NCBI GenBank assembly: GCA_963796455.1
Contig: CAWCLO010000002.1
Span: 64,001-128,000, forward strand
Direction: 5' to 3'
DNA: 64,000 nt
Source of the DNA: Candidatus Sulfomarinibacteraceae bacterium
GTDB lineage: Bacteria; Acidobacteriota; Thermoanaerobaculia; Thermoanaerobaculales; Sulfomarinibacteraceae
The notes beneath the pieces were generated by a model that was not told the origin of the DNA, searched no databases, and saw only the letters and a list, made by a program, of their open reading frames with translations. Both the position numbers and the translations under genes were made by a program. Shown here one piece after another: positions 16,731-27,606 of this stretch. Position 1 is the first letter of the stretch. Each line of letters opens with the position of its first letter.

Positions 16731-18608
16731 GTGGTTCAGAGCCGATCATTCTGTGTATTCACAATCGTCTTGGTTTGTGCGTCAGTTGCGGCGGCCGCCG
16801 ATTTCGAATTCGAGACGGTGCCCTTCGACGAAGAACATTGGCAGCTCGCCCGCGCCCGTGTCCTCGAGGTCGACGGTCGCGCCGCGATCGCGGGAACGGC
16901 CTTTGCCACCGGTATCGAGTTCGTTGACGGCGTGCTCGAGGTGGATATCAAGGTCCCATCAAGGGAGGCGAGATCCTATCCCGGGTTTATATTCCGAATG
17001 ACCTCGCCTGCCGATGCCGAGCGAGTATATCTGCGACCCCACCGCGCACCGATGTACGACGATGCGGTGCAATACGCGGCGGTTTTTAACGGCAACGCCG
17101 GCTGGCAGCTCTATGCCGGTGACGGAGCGACCGCCTCCACCTCGATGCCGACGGACGAGTGGTTCACCCTCAGGCTGGAGATCAAAGGGAGCCGTGCGCG
17201 GGTTCTGATCGATGGCAAGGAGGTACTGCTGGTCGGCGAGCTTCGGCACGGGGCCCGCTCGGGTGGAGTCGGGCTGATCGGTCCCGCCAATGGAGCCGCG
17301 GTCTTCTCGAATTTTCGTTGGGCCGCGGTGGAGGATCTCGATCTCGGGCCGTCGACACCGGTCTTCGATCCACCGGGGTCCTTCACAAATTGGCAGGTGT
17401 CGAAGCCCTTCCAATTTGCCGATGTGGATCCCGAGCACATGCCGGATCTCCAGGGTCTCGAGTGGACTTCGGTCACGAGCGAAAAATCCGGATTGGTGGA
17501 TATCTCGCGCCACGTCGCTTCAACGGTGGCCGGACCACCGACGGTTGTCGCCCGAACCACCGTGCGTACGGCGTCCGCCCGGACCCTGCCGCTCCAGCTT
17601 GGATACTCCGATCGGGTGACGGTCTTTCTCGACGGCAAACCGGTCTATCGCGGCATCAGTGACTACCGCTCCCGTGATTCGGGCTTTCTCGGCGTGGTCG
17701 GGCCCTTTGACACCATTTATCTCGAGCTCGCCGAAGGCGAACATGAACTGGCGTTGCAGCTGACCGAGACCTTTGGCGGTTGGGGCTTCCTGTGTCGCGA
17801 CGGGTCCGTGGTCGACTTTGCTGCCGGAGTCGGGGAGCAATGGCGGTCGAGCGGGTTCGCAGTGCCGGAATCGGTCTTGTATGACCCCCAACGGAAGCTC
17901 ATCTATGTCTCGAACAACGATGGGTTCCGGCTCGGCGGCGAGGGTGGTCAGCATCTGAGCCGCATCGACAACAAGGGCGTCGTGCTCGATGAAGTGTGGG
18001 TGGAGGGTCTGACCAACCCCACCGGTCTTGCCTGGCGCGGGGAAAAAATCCTGGCGGTCGAGCGGCGCTCGGTGGCCGTCATCGATCCCACTGCCGCGGC
18101 CGTTACCTCCAGGATCCCGATTCCCGAAGGCCGTCTGCTCAACGACATCGCCGTTGCGTCCGACGGCACGGCCTATGTCTCCGACTCCCAGGCCGGGCTG
18201 ATCTACCGGATCACCTCCGAAGGAGTTGTGGAAAAGTGGTTGAAGCTCGACCCGGGCCTCAACCCCAACGGCGTCTGCGTGGTAGGTACGAAGCTGATGA
18301 TCGGGCTCAACCCTGTGCACCGGCTGGTTGCCGCCGATCTGTCGGACGGAGCCCTCAGTGACGTCGCGGTGCTCCCGGCGGGCCGGGTGGATGGGATCGA
18401 GGCTTTGGCAGACGGTTCGCTCGTGGTTTCCCTGGGCGAGGGTCATCTGATACGCGTTGCTGGAGACGGTTCGGTGAAATCCGTCATCAACGCTTCAAAT
18501 CAGGACCACCCCTTTGCCGATATCGATGTGACACCGGAGGGCGATCGGGTCTTCGTTCCGACCTACTACTCGGGCACGGTGGCCGCGTATTCGTTGCCGA
18601 AATTCTGA
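16731..18608 (+). CDS. Secreted multidomain protein: DUF1080-like lectin-fold N-terminus and SMP-30/gluconolactonase-like beta-propeller C-terminus
   Basis: GTG after GGAGG; signal peptide; WFTLRLEIKG..FSNF; PESV, LNDIA, YVSDS, PNGV and DGI propeller motifs. Confidence 0.65.
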   Translation: MVQSRSFCVFTIVLVCASVAAAADFEFETVPFDEEHWQLARARVLEVDGRAAIAGTAFATGIEFVDGVLEVDIKVPSREARSYPGFIFRMTSPADAERVYLRPHRAPMYDDAVQYAAVFNGNAGWQLYAGDGATASTSMPTDEWFTLRLEIKGSRARVLIDGKEVLLVGELRHGARSGGVGLIGPANGAAVFSNFRWAAVEDLDLGPSTPVFDPPGSFTNWQVSKPFQFADVDPEHMPDLQGLEWTSVTSEKSGLVDISRHVASTVAGPPTVVARTTVRTASARTLPLQLGYSDRVTVFLDGKPVYRGISDYRSRDSGFLGVVGPFDTIYLELAEGEHELALQLTETFGGWGFLCRDGSVVDFAAGVGEQWRSSGFAVPESVLYDPQRKLIYVSNNDGFRLGGEGGQHLSRIDNKGVVLDEVWVEGLTNPTGLAWRGEKILAVERRSVAVIDPTAAAVTSRIPIPEGRLLNDIAVASDGTAYVSDSQAGLIYRITSEGVVEKWLKLDPGLNPNGVCVVGTKLMIGLNPVHRLVAADLSDGALSDVAVLPAGRVDGIEALADGSLVVSLGEGHLIRVAGDGSVKSVINASNQDHPFADIDVTPEGDRVFVPTYYSGTVAAYSLPKF

Positions 18609-18611
18609 GCA

Positions 18612-18690
18612 GGGGAGAAGGGGAGAAAGGGGGAAAGGGAGAACCGTATCTCGCGTGGCAGAGGAGCAGAGGAGCAGAGGGGCAGAGGGG
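18612..18690 (+). repeat. GGGAGAAA-type and GG[AG]GCAGA 8-mer tandem repeats joined by a conserved linker
   Basis: Same module including GGGAGAACCGTAyCTCGCGTGGCAGAGG recurs at about 39710-39810. Confidence 0.85.
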
Positions 18691-19286
18691 CTCGATTCTC
18701 GATGCTGGATCACTCTTGCCCAAGACAGAGTCTCGGATGGCGTTCATGAACAGTCCTGAAGGTGGGCCAAGGCCCACCTTCAGAGTTGTTTCCAACATCC
18801 TGGATTACTCGTGCCCGGGTGCGAGTTTCGGACAGCGATCAGGGACAGCGACGGGGAACGGCAGACAGCGTCAGCAAACAGGAGTCAGCGGCAGCGACCA
18901 GCGGCCGGGGCAGCGACAGCGCCAGCTAACACCAATCACTCCGTCGGGTTCAAGAACCGCCAGGTCATGGCACGGACTTGATGCCTTCATCGCTTCACCG
19001 GCTACCCCTTCCTTGGAACGACCCGGAGGAGGCCACATCGTCGCCTGTACTCCTACCCGCTGCCACTGAACGCTGAACACTGATCGCTGTTCTCTGTCGC
19101 TGGCGCTGAACACTGCCGCTGCCCCTGCCCCTGCCGCTGCAAATCGGGATCGGGAATTAGTACGGGCCAACCGCAAACCGGATATGCCAAAAACCAACCC
19201 GTAAATCACGTGTTGTCGGGTGGGAACCTTCAGGTGACGACCTGTTTTAGCCAGCAGTGATCCGGCATCCAGCATCGAGCATCGAG
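18691..19286 (-). mobile_element. Non-coding, internally deleted copy of the four-helix-bundle cassette with terminal inverted repeats
   Basis: TIR 18691-18714 vs 19256-19279 (21/24). Reverse complement of about 18935-19235 matches 12380-12610 joined directly to 12994-13061. Confidence 0.8.
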
Positions 19287-19288
19287 CG

Positions 19289-21187
19289 TCAGTCCGCCTC
19301 TTCGCCGCCGAACTCCCGGCGGAGCGATTCGGCGTCCCACGCACTATCGCGCTCCTCGTGGCCTTCTTCCTCCGCGTCCGACCGCATGAGGTTTTCGAGG
19401 GTCTCGGTCTGAAGGCGTACCGTCCGGACAAAGGAGTCCCGATCGGATCGCATCGCACGCTGCTCGCGCAGAATCTCTTCGTCGTGGGAGCGGAACATGA
19501 GTCCGCGGCGGTGGGCCTCGTGGGCCGGGATGCCGAGCAGCCGCATCACATCGACGCCGATCTTGATCGAGGTGTCGAAGTTCTCGCGATAGACCCGATC
19601 AACCCCGGCATCAAGCACCTCGAAGGCGTGGGTCCGGCCGGTTGCCCGGGCCAGGATCTCGAGGTAGGGGAAGTGCTTCTGGGTGCTTTCGATGATCTCG
19701 AGGATGCGCTCCGGATCATCCACGGCGATCACCAGGATCTTGGCCCTTTCAGCGCCCGCGGCCCGGAGCAGTTCGACTCGGGAAGCATCGCCGTAGAAGA
19801 CCTTGGCGCCAAAGGTACGAAGCATCTCCACGTGATCGGAATCGAGATCGAGCACGGTGACCCCGAAACCGCTCGCCTGAAGCAGACGGCCGACGACAGT
19901 GCCGACCCGGCCATAGCCGGCGATGATCACGTTGTTTTCTTCGTCGATCGCATCGGCTTCCCGTTTGACGGTCTCGCGAGTACCGAGTCGGGGCCGAACC
20001 AGCCTTTCGTTGATCAGCATGGCAAAGGGCGTCAGCGCCATCGTCAGGGCCACCGCCGCGATCAGCGGCGTCGTGATCTCAGGCGACAGCACACCGCGCT
20101 GGTTGGCAAAGGAGAAGAGAACAAAGGCGAACTCGCCGCCCTGGGCGAGGGCGAAGGAAAAGAGCAGATTCTGGTCGAGGCCCATCTTGAAGAATCGTCC
20201 GAGAATGAAGAGCACGACGAATTTGACCGTCATCAGACCCAGCACGATGCCGCCGACCAGCATTGGTCGGGAGGCCACCTGATTGAAATCGATCGAAGCT
20301 CCCACCGCAATAAAGAACAGACCCAGGAGGAGCGCCTTGAAGGGTTCGATGTCGCTCTCGAGTTCGTGTCGGTACTGGCTGGTTGCCAGGACCACACCGG
20401 CAAGAAATGTCCCGAGTGCGGGGCTGAGACCGACTTTGGTCATCAAGAGCGCGATGGAGATCACGAGCAACAGGGCGGCGGCGGTGAAGATCTCGGGAAC
20501 GTGGGCGCGGGCGATGAATCGAAAGGCCGGCCGCATCACCGTTCTCCCGACGATGACGATTCCGGCCACCGCCGCCAGCACCACCAGAGTGGCGGCCCAA
20601 CCGGGCAGACCTGCGACCCAGGTGGTTGCGTGGTCTGCCGACCCGTGGTTGGCCGCGGCGTGTGTTTGGGCGAGCAAGGGCATCAGCGCCAGGATGGGGA
20701 TCACCGCCAGATCCTGAAAGAGCAGCACGGCAAAGGAGCCCTGCCCGCCGGAGGTCTTCATCAGATCCTTTTCCTGCAAGGTCTGGATGACGATGGCGGT
20801 GGACGACAGTGCCAGGGTGAGGCCGATGGCGAGCGCCGCCCTCCAGTCGAATCCAAAAACGAGGCCGATTCCGGTGATCGCAGCCGTGGTGACACCAACC
20901 TGGAGACCGCCGAGACCGAGAATCGCCCCTCGCAGCCGCCACAGCAGGGAGGGTTGCAGCTCGAGCCCGATCAGGAAAAGCATCATCACCACCCCGAACT
21001 CGGCGAAGTGGAGCACGTCCTGGCCCTCTTCGCCGATCAGCTTGAGGCCGAAGGGTCCGATGGCGATCCCTGCCAGGAGATAGCCGAGCACCGAACCGAG
21101 GCCGAGTCGTTTGGCGATGGGCACCGAAATGACCGCCGCCGCGAGGTAGATGAATGCCTGGTAGAAAAATCCTTCGCCGTGCATCAT
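19289..21187 (-). CDS. kefB: Glutathione-regulated K+ efflux protein, CPA2 family with KTN domain (KefB/KefC)
   Basis: LGSVLGYL, AEFGVV, LFQDLA, HELESDIEPFK, GYGRVG, YGDASR; coupled to the upstream kefG-like gene. Confidence 0.88.
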   Translation of the reverse strand: MMHGEGFFYQAFIYLAAAVISVPIAKRLGLGSVLGYLLAGIAIGPFGLKLIGEEGQDVLHFAEFGVVMMLFLIGLELQPSLLWRLRGAILGLGGLQVGVTTAAITGIGLVFGFDWRAALAIGLTLALSSTAIVIQTLQEKDLMKTSGGQGSFAVLLFQDLAVIPILALMPLLAQTHAAANHGSADHATTWVAGLPGWAATLVVLAAVAGIVIVGRTVMRPAFRFIARAHVPEIFTAAALLLVISIALLMTKVGLSPALGTFLAGVVLATSQYRHELESDIEPFKALLLGLFFIAVGASIDFNQVASRPMLVGGIVLGLMTVKFVVLFILGRFFKMGLDQNLLFSFALAQGGEFAFVLFSFANQRGVLSPEITTPLIAAVALTMALTPFAMLINERLVRPRLGTRETVKREADAIDEENNVIIAGYGRVGTVVGRLLQASGFGVTVLDLDSDHVEMLRTFGAKVFYGDASRVELLRAAGAERAKILVIAVDDPERILEIIESTQKHFPYLEILARATGRTHAFEVLDAGVDRVYRENFDTSIKIGVDVMRLLGIPAHEAHRRGLMFRSHDEEILREQRAMRSDRDSFVRTVRLQTETLENLMRSDAEEEGHEERDSAWDAESLRREFGGEEAD

Positions 21188-21798
21188 CAGCCCCCGATCA
21201 GGGCATCGAGATCGTGGTTGAGGCGCGGCCAGTCGCGGGCTGCGTCGAGATCGAGGGTGCCATCGCGAAGGGCCTCGATGGTGCGGCGATAGTCGGTGGC
21301 GTGGCGGTTGATGTCTTCGGGTCCGAGACTGTGGGTGCCGTAGACCACGAATGGAGGAGGGTAGTCCATTCCACACAACCACGCCGTTTGAGAAATGGGC
21401 GCCAACAGCTCACGGATGGTATGTTGGTTCGGAGCATTCCGAAGATAATTTTCTTCACTGGCACCGGTGGTGATGGCGCTCAAGAGTCGTTTGCCTCGGA
21501 GCGCACGCCCCTCGTGTCCATAGGCCCAGCCGTGTTCGAGCACCAGATCCTGCCACTCCTTGAGGATCGACGGCGTCGAGTACCAGTAGAAAGGATGCTG
21601 AAAAACCACCAGGTCGTGGTCGAGCAGCAGCGCCTGTTCGCGTCCCACCTCGATGTTGTGGTCCGGATAGGCCTCGTAGAGATCGTGGATCGTGATTCCC
21701 TCCAGTCCGCTGACTGCGTCGATCAGGACCTGGTTGACCCGTGATTTCCGGATTGCAGGGTGCGCGAAGAGCACGAGGACTGGTTGTTTGTTCGCCAT
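21187..21798 (-). CDS. kefG: Kef ancillary NAD(P)H oxidoreductase (KefG/KefF)
   Basis: FAHP...SRVN, HDLYEAYPD, QHPFYWYSTPSILKEWQDLVL.HGWAYG. Confidence 0.88.
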   Translation of the reverse strand: MANKQPVLVLFAHPAIRKSRVNQVLIDAVSGLEGITIHDLYEAYPDHNIEVGREQALLLDHDLVVFQHPFYWYSTPSILKEWQDLVLEHGWAYGHEGRALRGKRLLSAITTGASEENYLRNAPNQHTIRELLAPISQTAWLCGMDYPPPFVVYGTHSLGPEDINRHATDYRRTIEALRDGTLDLDAARDWPRLNHDLDALIGG

Positions 21799-21837
21799 GA
21801 TCGCTGTGGACAACCGTTCATGCCGCCAACCAATTCC

Positions 21838-22023
21838 GTTCCCGAAAGGGAGAAAGGGAGAAAGGGAGAAAGGGAAGGGGAGAAACGGCGACAGCCCGAC
21901 TGCGCGACCAGATACCAGATACTCGATTCTCGAGACGGTCCGCCCATCCAGCGGCGGAGAAACCGCAGATAGCGCAGATAGACGCAGATTGTCGGGCCCG
22001 AATTGGTCTGCGTGATCTGCGGT
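21838..22023. repeat. Intergenic short tandem repeats: (GGGAGAAA)n and inverted CGCAGAT arrays
   Basis: GGGAGAAA x3-4 at 21848-21886; CGCAGAT x3 at 21962-21989 facing TCTGCGTGATCTGCGGT at 22007-22023. Confidence 0.8.
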
Positions 22024-22063
22024 CTGCAGCGGGAGACGCTTGCCTACGGTAAAATAAACGCAC

Positions 22064-23416
22064 ATGGCCAATCGAGTTCGGCAGGTGGCGGATCTGGCGC
22101 GTCGCATCGGCGCTGACGATGCTGCCGAGCCGGCGTCGCTCGATCGATTCCGACGCCTCTACGGAGCCCTCTCCGATGACGATCGCCTCGAACTTTTTCA
22201 TTGGTTGTCGACCAAACTGGAAGTCGGCCGCGGCCGCCTCGACGAGCCCCTCCTGGAGGTTCAGTCGGCGTCGCAGGACGACCCGGTGGAGTGGAACGAT
22301 CGACTGCGAGCGCTGCGCAAGGCCATCGCGTCACCGCGTCAACGCCTCTTCGAGGGACTCATCAACACCTCCGGCGGCATGAAGTTCGTGCTCGATCTGC
22401 GGGCCGAGGTCCTTGATGCCCAGCGCCACGGGGCCAGTGGTCTCGACGCCCTCGAGGAGGACATCGCCCACCTGCTCAACCGCTGGTGCCAACACCGCCT
22501 GCTCTATCTCGAGGAGATCGATCTCCAATCCCCCTTCCAGACCATCCGCTTTCTCAAAGACCGCGAGATGGTGCATCCCATGGTGGGTCTGGAGGAGATG
22601 GGCCGGCGGCTCGGCGAGGATCGCATGTGCTTCGCCCTCCACCATGTGGCCATGCCCGAGGAGCCCGTGGTCTTTATCGAGGTCGCCCTGAGCCGCGGTC
22701 TGATCCGCTCCATCCACGATGTGATCGATAGCCCCGAGGGTGAACGGTCGTCGATCAAGACCCCCGACGCGGCCATCTTCTATTCGATCAACAACACCCA
22801 GAACGGGCTCTCCGGTCTCGGGCTCGGCAAGGTGCTGATCTTCCGAGTCACCGAGGCGCTGCGCGAGCGGCGCCCGACCCTCAAGACCTTTGCGACCCTC
22901 AGCCCGATTCCGGGATTTTGGCCGCGCTATCTGCGCCCGATCCTCGAAGGCCGGGACAAAAAGTTCAAGCTCAAACAGGCCGATGCGATCGCCAAGGTGC
23001 CGGACAAGTCCATGGCTGCCATCGCCGCCCGGTTGCGCGAACTCGGCAGCCCGGTCGATGGTCCCGCCGAGGTCCTGCTCGCGGTCCTGTCGCGGCCGGA
23101 TTGGATCAGCGATCGTGTCTTTTCCCGGCTGTTGCGGAAACCGCTGATCGAGATCGCCCATATCCATATCGCGGTCGAAAAAGACCCGCGCGGAAAACCA
23201 CTCAACCCGGTGGCCGGCTTTCACCTCGGTAACGGGGCCAAGGTGTCGCGCGCCAGCATCGATTTTGCGGCCAACCGTTCCGAGCGCGGTCTGGCCGAGT
23301 CCTGTTCCTTGATGGTGAACTACGTGTACTCGCAGCGGGCGCTGGCGCCGATCGGCCGGGCCCTTCGCTCCCTCTTGCCGTGGAGCGGAGGCGGGCGCGC
23401 CGGCCACGTCGAATGA
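22064..23416 (+). CDS. Malonyl-CoA decarboxylase family protein
   Basis: FIEVAL, AIFYSINNTQ.GL.G.GLG..LI, FATLSPIPGF, NPVAGFHLGNGA, S..G..ES.SLMVNY.Y. Confidence 0.9.
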   Translation: MANRVRQVADLARRIGADDAAEPASLDRFRRLYGALSDDDRLELFHWLSTKLEVGRGRLDEPLLEVQSASQDDPVEWNDRLRALRKAIASPRQRLFEGLINTSGGMKFVLDLRAEVLDAQRHGASGLDALEEDIAHLLNRWCQHRLLYLEEIDLQSPFQTIRFLKDREMVHPMVGLEEMGRRLGEDRMCFALHHVAMPEEPVVFIEVALSRGLIRSIHDVIDSPEGERSSIKTPDAAIFYSINNTQNGLSGLGLGKVLIFRVTEALRERRPTLKTFATLSPIPGFWPRYLRPILEGRDKKFKLKQADAIAKVPDKSMAAIAARLRELGSPVDGPAEVLLAVLSRPDWISDRVFSRLLRKPLIEIAHIHIAVEKDPRGKPLNPVAGFHLGNGAKVSRASIDFAANRSERGLAESCSLMVNYVYSQRALAPIGRALRSLLPWSGGGRAGHVE

Positions 23417-23444
23417 TCGTGTCGAGCGGACAGGGAGGTGACCC

Positions 23445-23726
23445 ATGAGCGTCGAACGGCGCAACGTGCAACGGGATTCGAACTTCGTCAATGTGGAACT
23501 GGTCACCACCGATGCGGCCGGCAGGGAAAAGATCTACCCCATAGTCCTCCGCGATCGCAGCGGTTCGGGACTCGGGGCCATGTACATCGGCAAGGAGGTG
23601 CTGAGCCCGACGAAGGATTTTCTGCTTCGTGCGGGAGACGATGATGAGTTGAGGGTTCGGATCGTGTGGACCAAACAGGTGGCCGATTTCGTGCTGATGA
23701 TGGGGATGGAGGTGGCGGAGGCCTAG
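23445..23726 (+). CDS. Stand-alone PilZ-like domain protein (paralog A)
   Basis: 93 aa; RxxxR (RNVQR) and DxSxxG (DRSGSG); GGAGG RBS; 40/93 identical to 33015-33296. Confidence 0.7.
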   Translation: MSVERRNVQRDSNFVNVELVTTDAAGREKIYPIVLRDRSGSGLGAMYIGKEVLSPTKDFLLRAGDDDELRVRIVWTKQVADFVLMMGMEVAEA

Positions 23727-23741
23727 GTTCTCCCAAAACCG

Positions 23742-23778
23742 AAAACAAAAAAGAGCCCCCTCCCGATTGGGAGGGGGC
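23742..23778 (-). terminator. Intrinsic terminator between convergent genes
   Basis: 10-bp stem GCCCCCTCCC-GATT-GGGAGGGGGC (23755-23778) followed on the minus strand by a U-tract. Confidence 0.8.
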
Positions 23779-23810
23779 ATTTGTTCGGCCGGTTCAGCGA
23801 TCTGAACCGT

Positions 23811-26800
23811 CTATTGGATTGCCCCGGTCCAGCTCGACAAATCGCCGGATTCGAATCCGTTGCTGAAAACCATCGGTTCGACGACCCGGAGCGCCAGCGA
23901 ATCGACGTCGAACTCGAAACCGGATCCAACGATCTTCACTTTGCAGTAGGACGACCCCGTGCCATCGGGTGGGTTCACCGGGAACGAGAGATCGACCCAG
24001 GTGTCGAGATCGTCGAGATAATTCAGATCCCTGTCGATCGCACCGAGCGAGACCTCGCAGTAGGTGTCGGAAAAGTGGTCGCAGATGAGAGCGACGGTCG
24101 GTTTGCGGGAGAAGGATTTCAGAAAGACCGATGCTTCGAGTCGAGTTCTCTCGTTGCTGTGAGCCACGCACTGTCCGAGTTCGTTGCGCAGCCCGCCGAC
24201 AACGAGGGCGGCGCCGGAATCGGCCTCGGCGTCGCGATCCGAGTCATCCATCCAGTCCGAGTTTTGCGGGAACCCGATCGACCAGCCGTCGAGACCGCAG
24301 TCCATCTGCCCGTTGTCGAAGAGGTTGCCCTGATCGACCCGGAAGCCGATGACGAGGTCGTCGCCCGGAGTGCCGTCGCCGTCGCCATCGAGGCCCTTGC
24401 CGGCGGCATCCTGGAGCGAGCCGGAGGCGCAGACCAGGAAGCGGTAGAGATCGTTGTCCAGTGGTTCGTCGAATTGCAGCGCCGCGACGCTACCGTCCTC
24501 GAACCACAGGATGTCATCGATGGTGACCCAACGATCGTCCCCCGCGGAATCGTAGCCGCAAGCGACGGTCTCAAAGAGACCATCCTCACCCGAGGTCACG
24601 AGGAGGAAATCGGGAACACCCCTCTTCGCCTGGGCGCCCTCGGTGGCCGGATCGGAGACCGCTTCGCTGAAGACCACGACGATCGAGTCGGCCGCTGAGG
24701 TGACGCTCTCGCATTCGGAGAGTGCCTCTTCGCCGGCGTCAATCGACAGGACTGTCGGAAAGGCGGTGTCGACCAGGATCACGAGCTCGTCCTGGTTGTT
24801 GTTGCTGTCAGGGTCGTCCTGTTCGGCGTCGGTCCAGCCCGCCACCGTGAACTCGGTCCCGTCCTCAGCCTCGGCGGGAATCCGGACCACCATGGTGTGC
24901 TCGGTCCAATCGTCGGCCTCGAGGCTCTCGAAGTCGCAGTGCACATCCACCGCGACCTTGTTGTCGGACGAGACGCAGCCGTCTTCGGACGAGACAAAGA
25001 CCAGACCGTCAAGGAGGAGACCGACCGATCCACCGGTGGCATCTGACGGGCCCAGGTTCTCGACGATCGCGGTGATCTCGACCTCCTCGCCCGGGACCAC
25101 GCTGTCAAACTCCGAGTTCAGATCAAGAGCGAGATCAGCCGAGTACACCACCGGATCGCTGTCGGCGTCGGAGTTGTTGTCGTCGTTGGGGTCGACGACT
25201 TCCGGCACCGGGGTCTTCGCAACCTTGGTGAAATCGCCGCCATCGGTGACGATCGAGGCCGAGACCTCGAAATCACCCGAGGCCGTCTGCCCCACGTCGC
25301 CCGTGATTGTGTAGGTAATGGATGAGCCTGCGGGGAGGTTCACCGGGTCGTTGAACCCCCACCCGGTTTTCTCCTGGTCGCACAGGGCCTCACCGGTGGC
25401 GACGCAGTCCCAGCTCGTTTCCTCGAGGTGTTCCGGCCAGTTGACGAAGACCATGGCGTTCGGGGCGTCGCTGGGGCCGTCGTTGCTGGCGACGATGGAG
25501 TAGCTCACTTCCTCCCCGGCCACCACCTCATCGACCTCGTTGTCGACCGTGACTCCAAGGTCAGCGGCCGGATACAGGAGTTCGTTGGCGGTCGCCCTGT
25601 TGTTTTCCGGATTGGGGTCGACAACGCCGATTTCAATCTCGATGGTCTTGTGGTCCTCGAGCCTGCTTTCAAGAGTCACCTCGGTACCGATCGTGAGATC
25701 GCCGGTTGCCGATGAGTCGACTTCGCCGGTCACGGTGAAGGTGAGCGACGAACCGCTCGGCAGACCGACCGGATCCTCGAGCACGCCGAAGGCCTTGTCG
25801 GTTTCCTCCGGGCAGAGCGCCTCGCCCCCGGTCTGACAAGACCACCCGACCTCGGCGAGCCCTTCGCCCCAGTCCGCCGACACAAAGGCGTTTGGCGCAT
25901 CACTGGGTCCGTTGTTGCTGGCGACGATGCTGTAGGTGACGGCTTCTCCCGGTACCAATGGGCCGGGTCCGCCGGTTTTTGTGTTCTCGTTCGGGATTCG
26001 GGTGATGGTCACCGCAAGATCCGCCAACGGGGTCAGATCCTCGCTCGACGTGGCCGAGTTGTTTTCGAGATTCGGATCCGTGATCTGTGCGATCGGGATG
26101 AACTTGTCCTCACCACCACTCAAGGAGATGGAGGCTTGCATGTCGAAAGTTCCTGTCGCCGAAGGATCGACCATGCCGGTAACGGTGTACACAACGTAGC
26201 TTTCCGGGGCCAGTTCGACCGTCTCCGCGATGTTACCGAGCCTTTGTCCGGAGAGCATGAACCGCCTTCGGAGGTCTCGCAGTCCCAGCTGACGTCGCCC
26301 AGGAACTCGGGCCAGGCGATGGCCACGAGATTTGCGGGCGAGTTGCTGGGTCCTTCGTTGCTCGCATAAATGGAATAGGTGACCTCGGTGCCGGGGACGA
26401 CTCCTTCGGGCGGACCTTCCTTGCCTGGCTCCGCGAATGCACGCTTGATCTTGACCGAAATGTCGGCCTCCGGAGCCAGGGTCTCGGAGAGAAGGGCCGA
26501 GTTGTTTTGTGGGTTGGGGTCGTTCTGACCTTGAGGGATCGTGGCCGACACCTCGAAGCTGCCCACCGCCGACGCGTCGATCGTGCCGGTCAGCGAGAAG
26601 GTCACCGACGAGTTGGCGGGAAGATCGACAAATTGGTTGAGACCGCCAGCGACCTTGTTCTTGGCATCGCAGCTGGCACCGTCCGAGGCATCGCACCCAT
26701 GCTGTGCGTTGAGCAACGATTGCGGCCACAGGGCCGAGGCCTGGACTCCGAATTCGTCGCCATCACCGGTATTGGTAAACACGATGCTGTATTGGACCGA

Positions 26801-27320
26801 GGTGCCCGGTACCGGTCCGGTGGGTCCGATGACCTTGCTCTCTTCGACCCGGGTGACCTTCACCGAAAGATCGGCCTCGGGTTCGGGTTCTTCACCACCC
26901 CCACCCAGATCCCATGTCTCGGCGGGGCAAGCCTCATCATAATTGCTGCTAGATTCACCGTTTGGGCAGATTGTCTGAAAAAAGGTTGCGGTTTCTGAGC
27001 CAACCGGTTGGCCTTTTGCTCCGAGAAATGTGCTGTTGAAAAACCCCACAAAACCGCCGAATACGGCCTGATCCACGATGGCATTTGTGAAATTGCAGCC
27101 GATGCATTCGACGTTTGTGAAGTCGGCACCCGTCAGATTCGCGGACGAGAAGTCCGCGGACTCAAAATAACAAGACGAATAGTCGACGCCGGGCCCCGGC
27201 GGATCCGCAGCAGCCTGCGGCCGCCATATTGGCGGTCAGCAGAACGGCTACCAAGACGGCAAGATGGATGATCCAGGTCGGTGGACTTTTGATGAATCTG
27301 TATTTCGACTGAACGCTCAC
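23811..27320 (-). CDS. Large secreted protein: N-terminal pentapeptide repeats plus about 5 DUF11 repeats; two apparent frameshifts (about 27215 and 26237)
   Basis: GTG 27320 after AAGGAG; signal peptide; SADFSSANLTGADFTN; repeats ADL.V..PG..VTY.I...N.GPSDA...DPN..NN.A; C-terminus VFSNGFESG. Pieces lie in ORFs 27162-27479, 26120-27076 and 23811-26729. Confidence 0.75.
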
Positions 27321-27606
27321 AGTGGTCTCCTTTCGGGAGGCAGGGGAAAATTGGTCTGCAATGGGATTGGCAATCACATAAAGACCGCCCTTTGGCATCA
27401 AATGCCTGTGGACGGTCATAGTTTTCTGATTTTTGGATGAGCTCTGAACGGACACGTCAGTCAAAAGGTGTTCCTCCATCCTTTGAACCCTTGACTGATT
27501 TGCAATTGTGATGCCACGTTCTGGTCAGAAAAGACCATGAGTGGTGTGACGCATCTGTTCCATTTTCGAGCAATCGGTGCCACAGACTGTCTCGCTTGGT
27601 CCGTTG

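Noticed and set aside
18612..19286. CRISPR array in the repeat-rich intergenic regions
   Set aside because: Units are 6-9-bp tandem arrays without constant 25-40-bp repeats and unique spacers; no cas genes.
19358..21292. 644-aa plus-strand ORF and other long antisense ORFs (e.g. 5689-6939, 40154-41425, 48399-49592)
   Set aside because: Shadow ORFs opposite well-supported genes, expected in high-GC DNA; no motifs.
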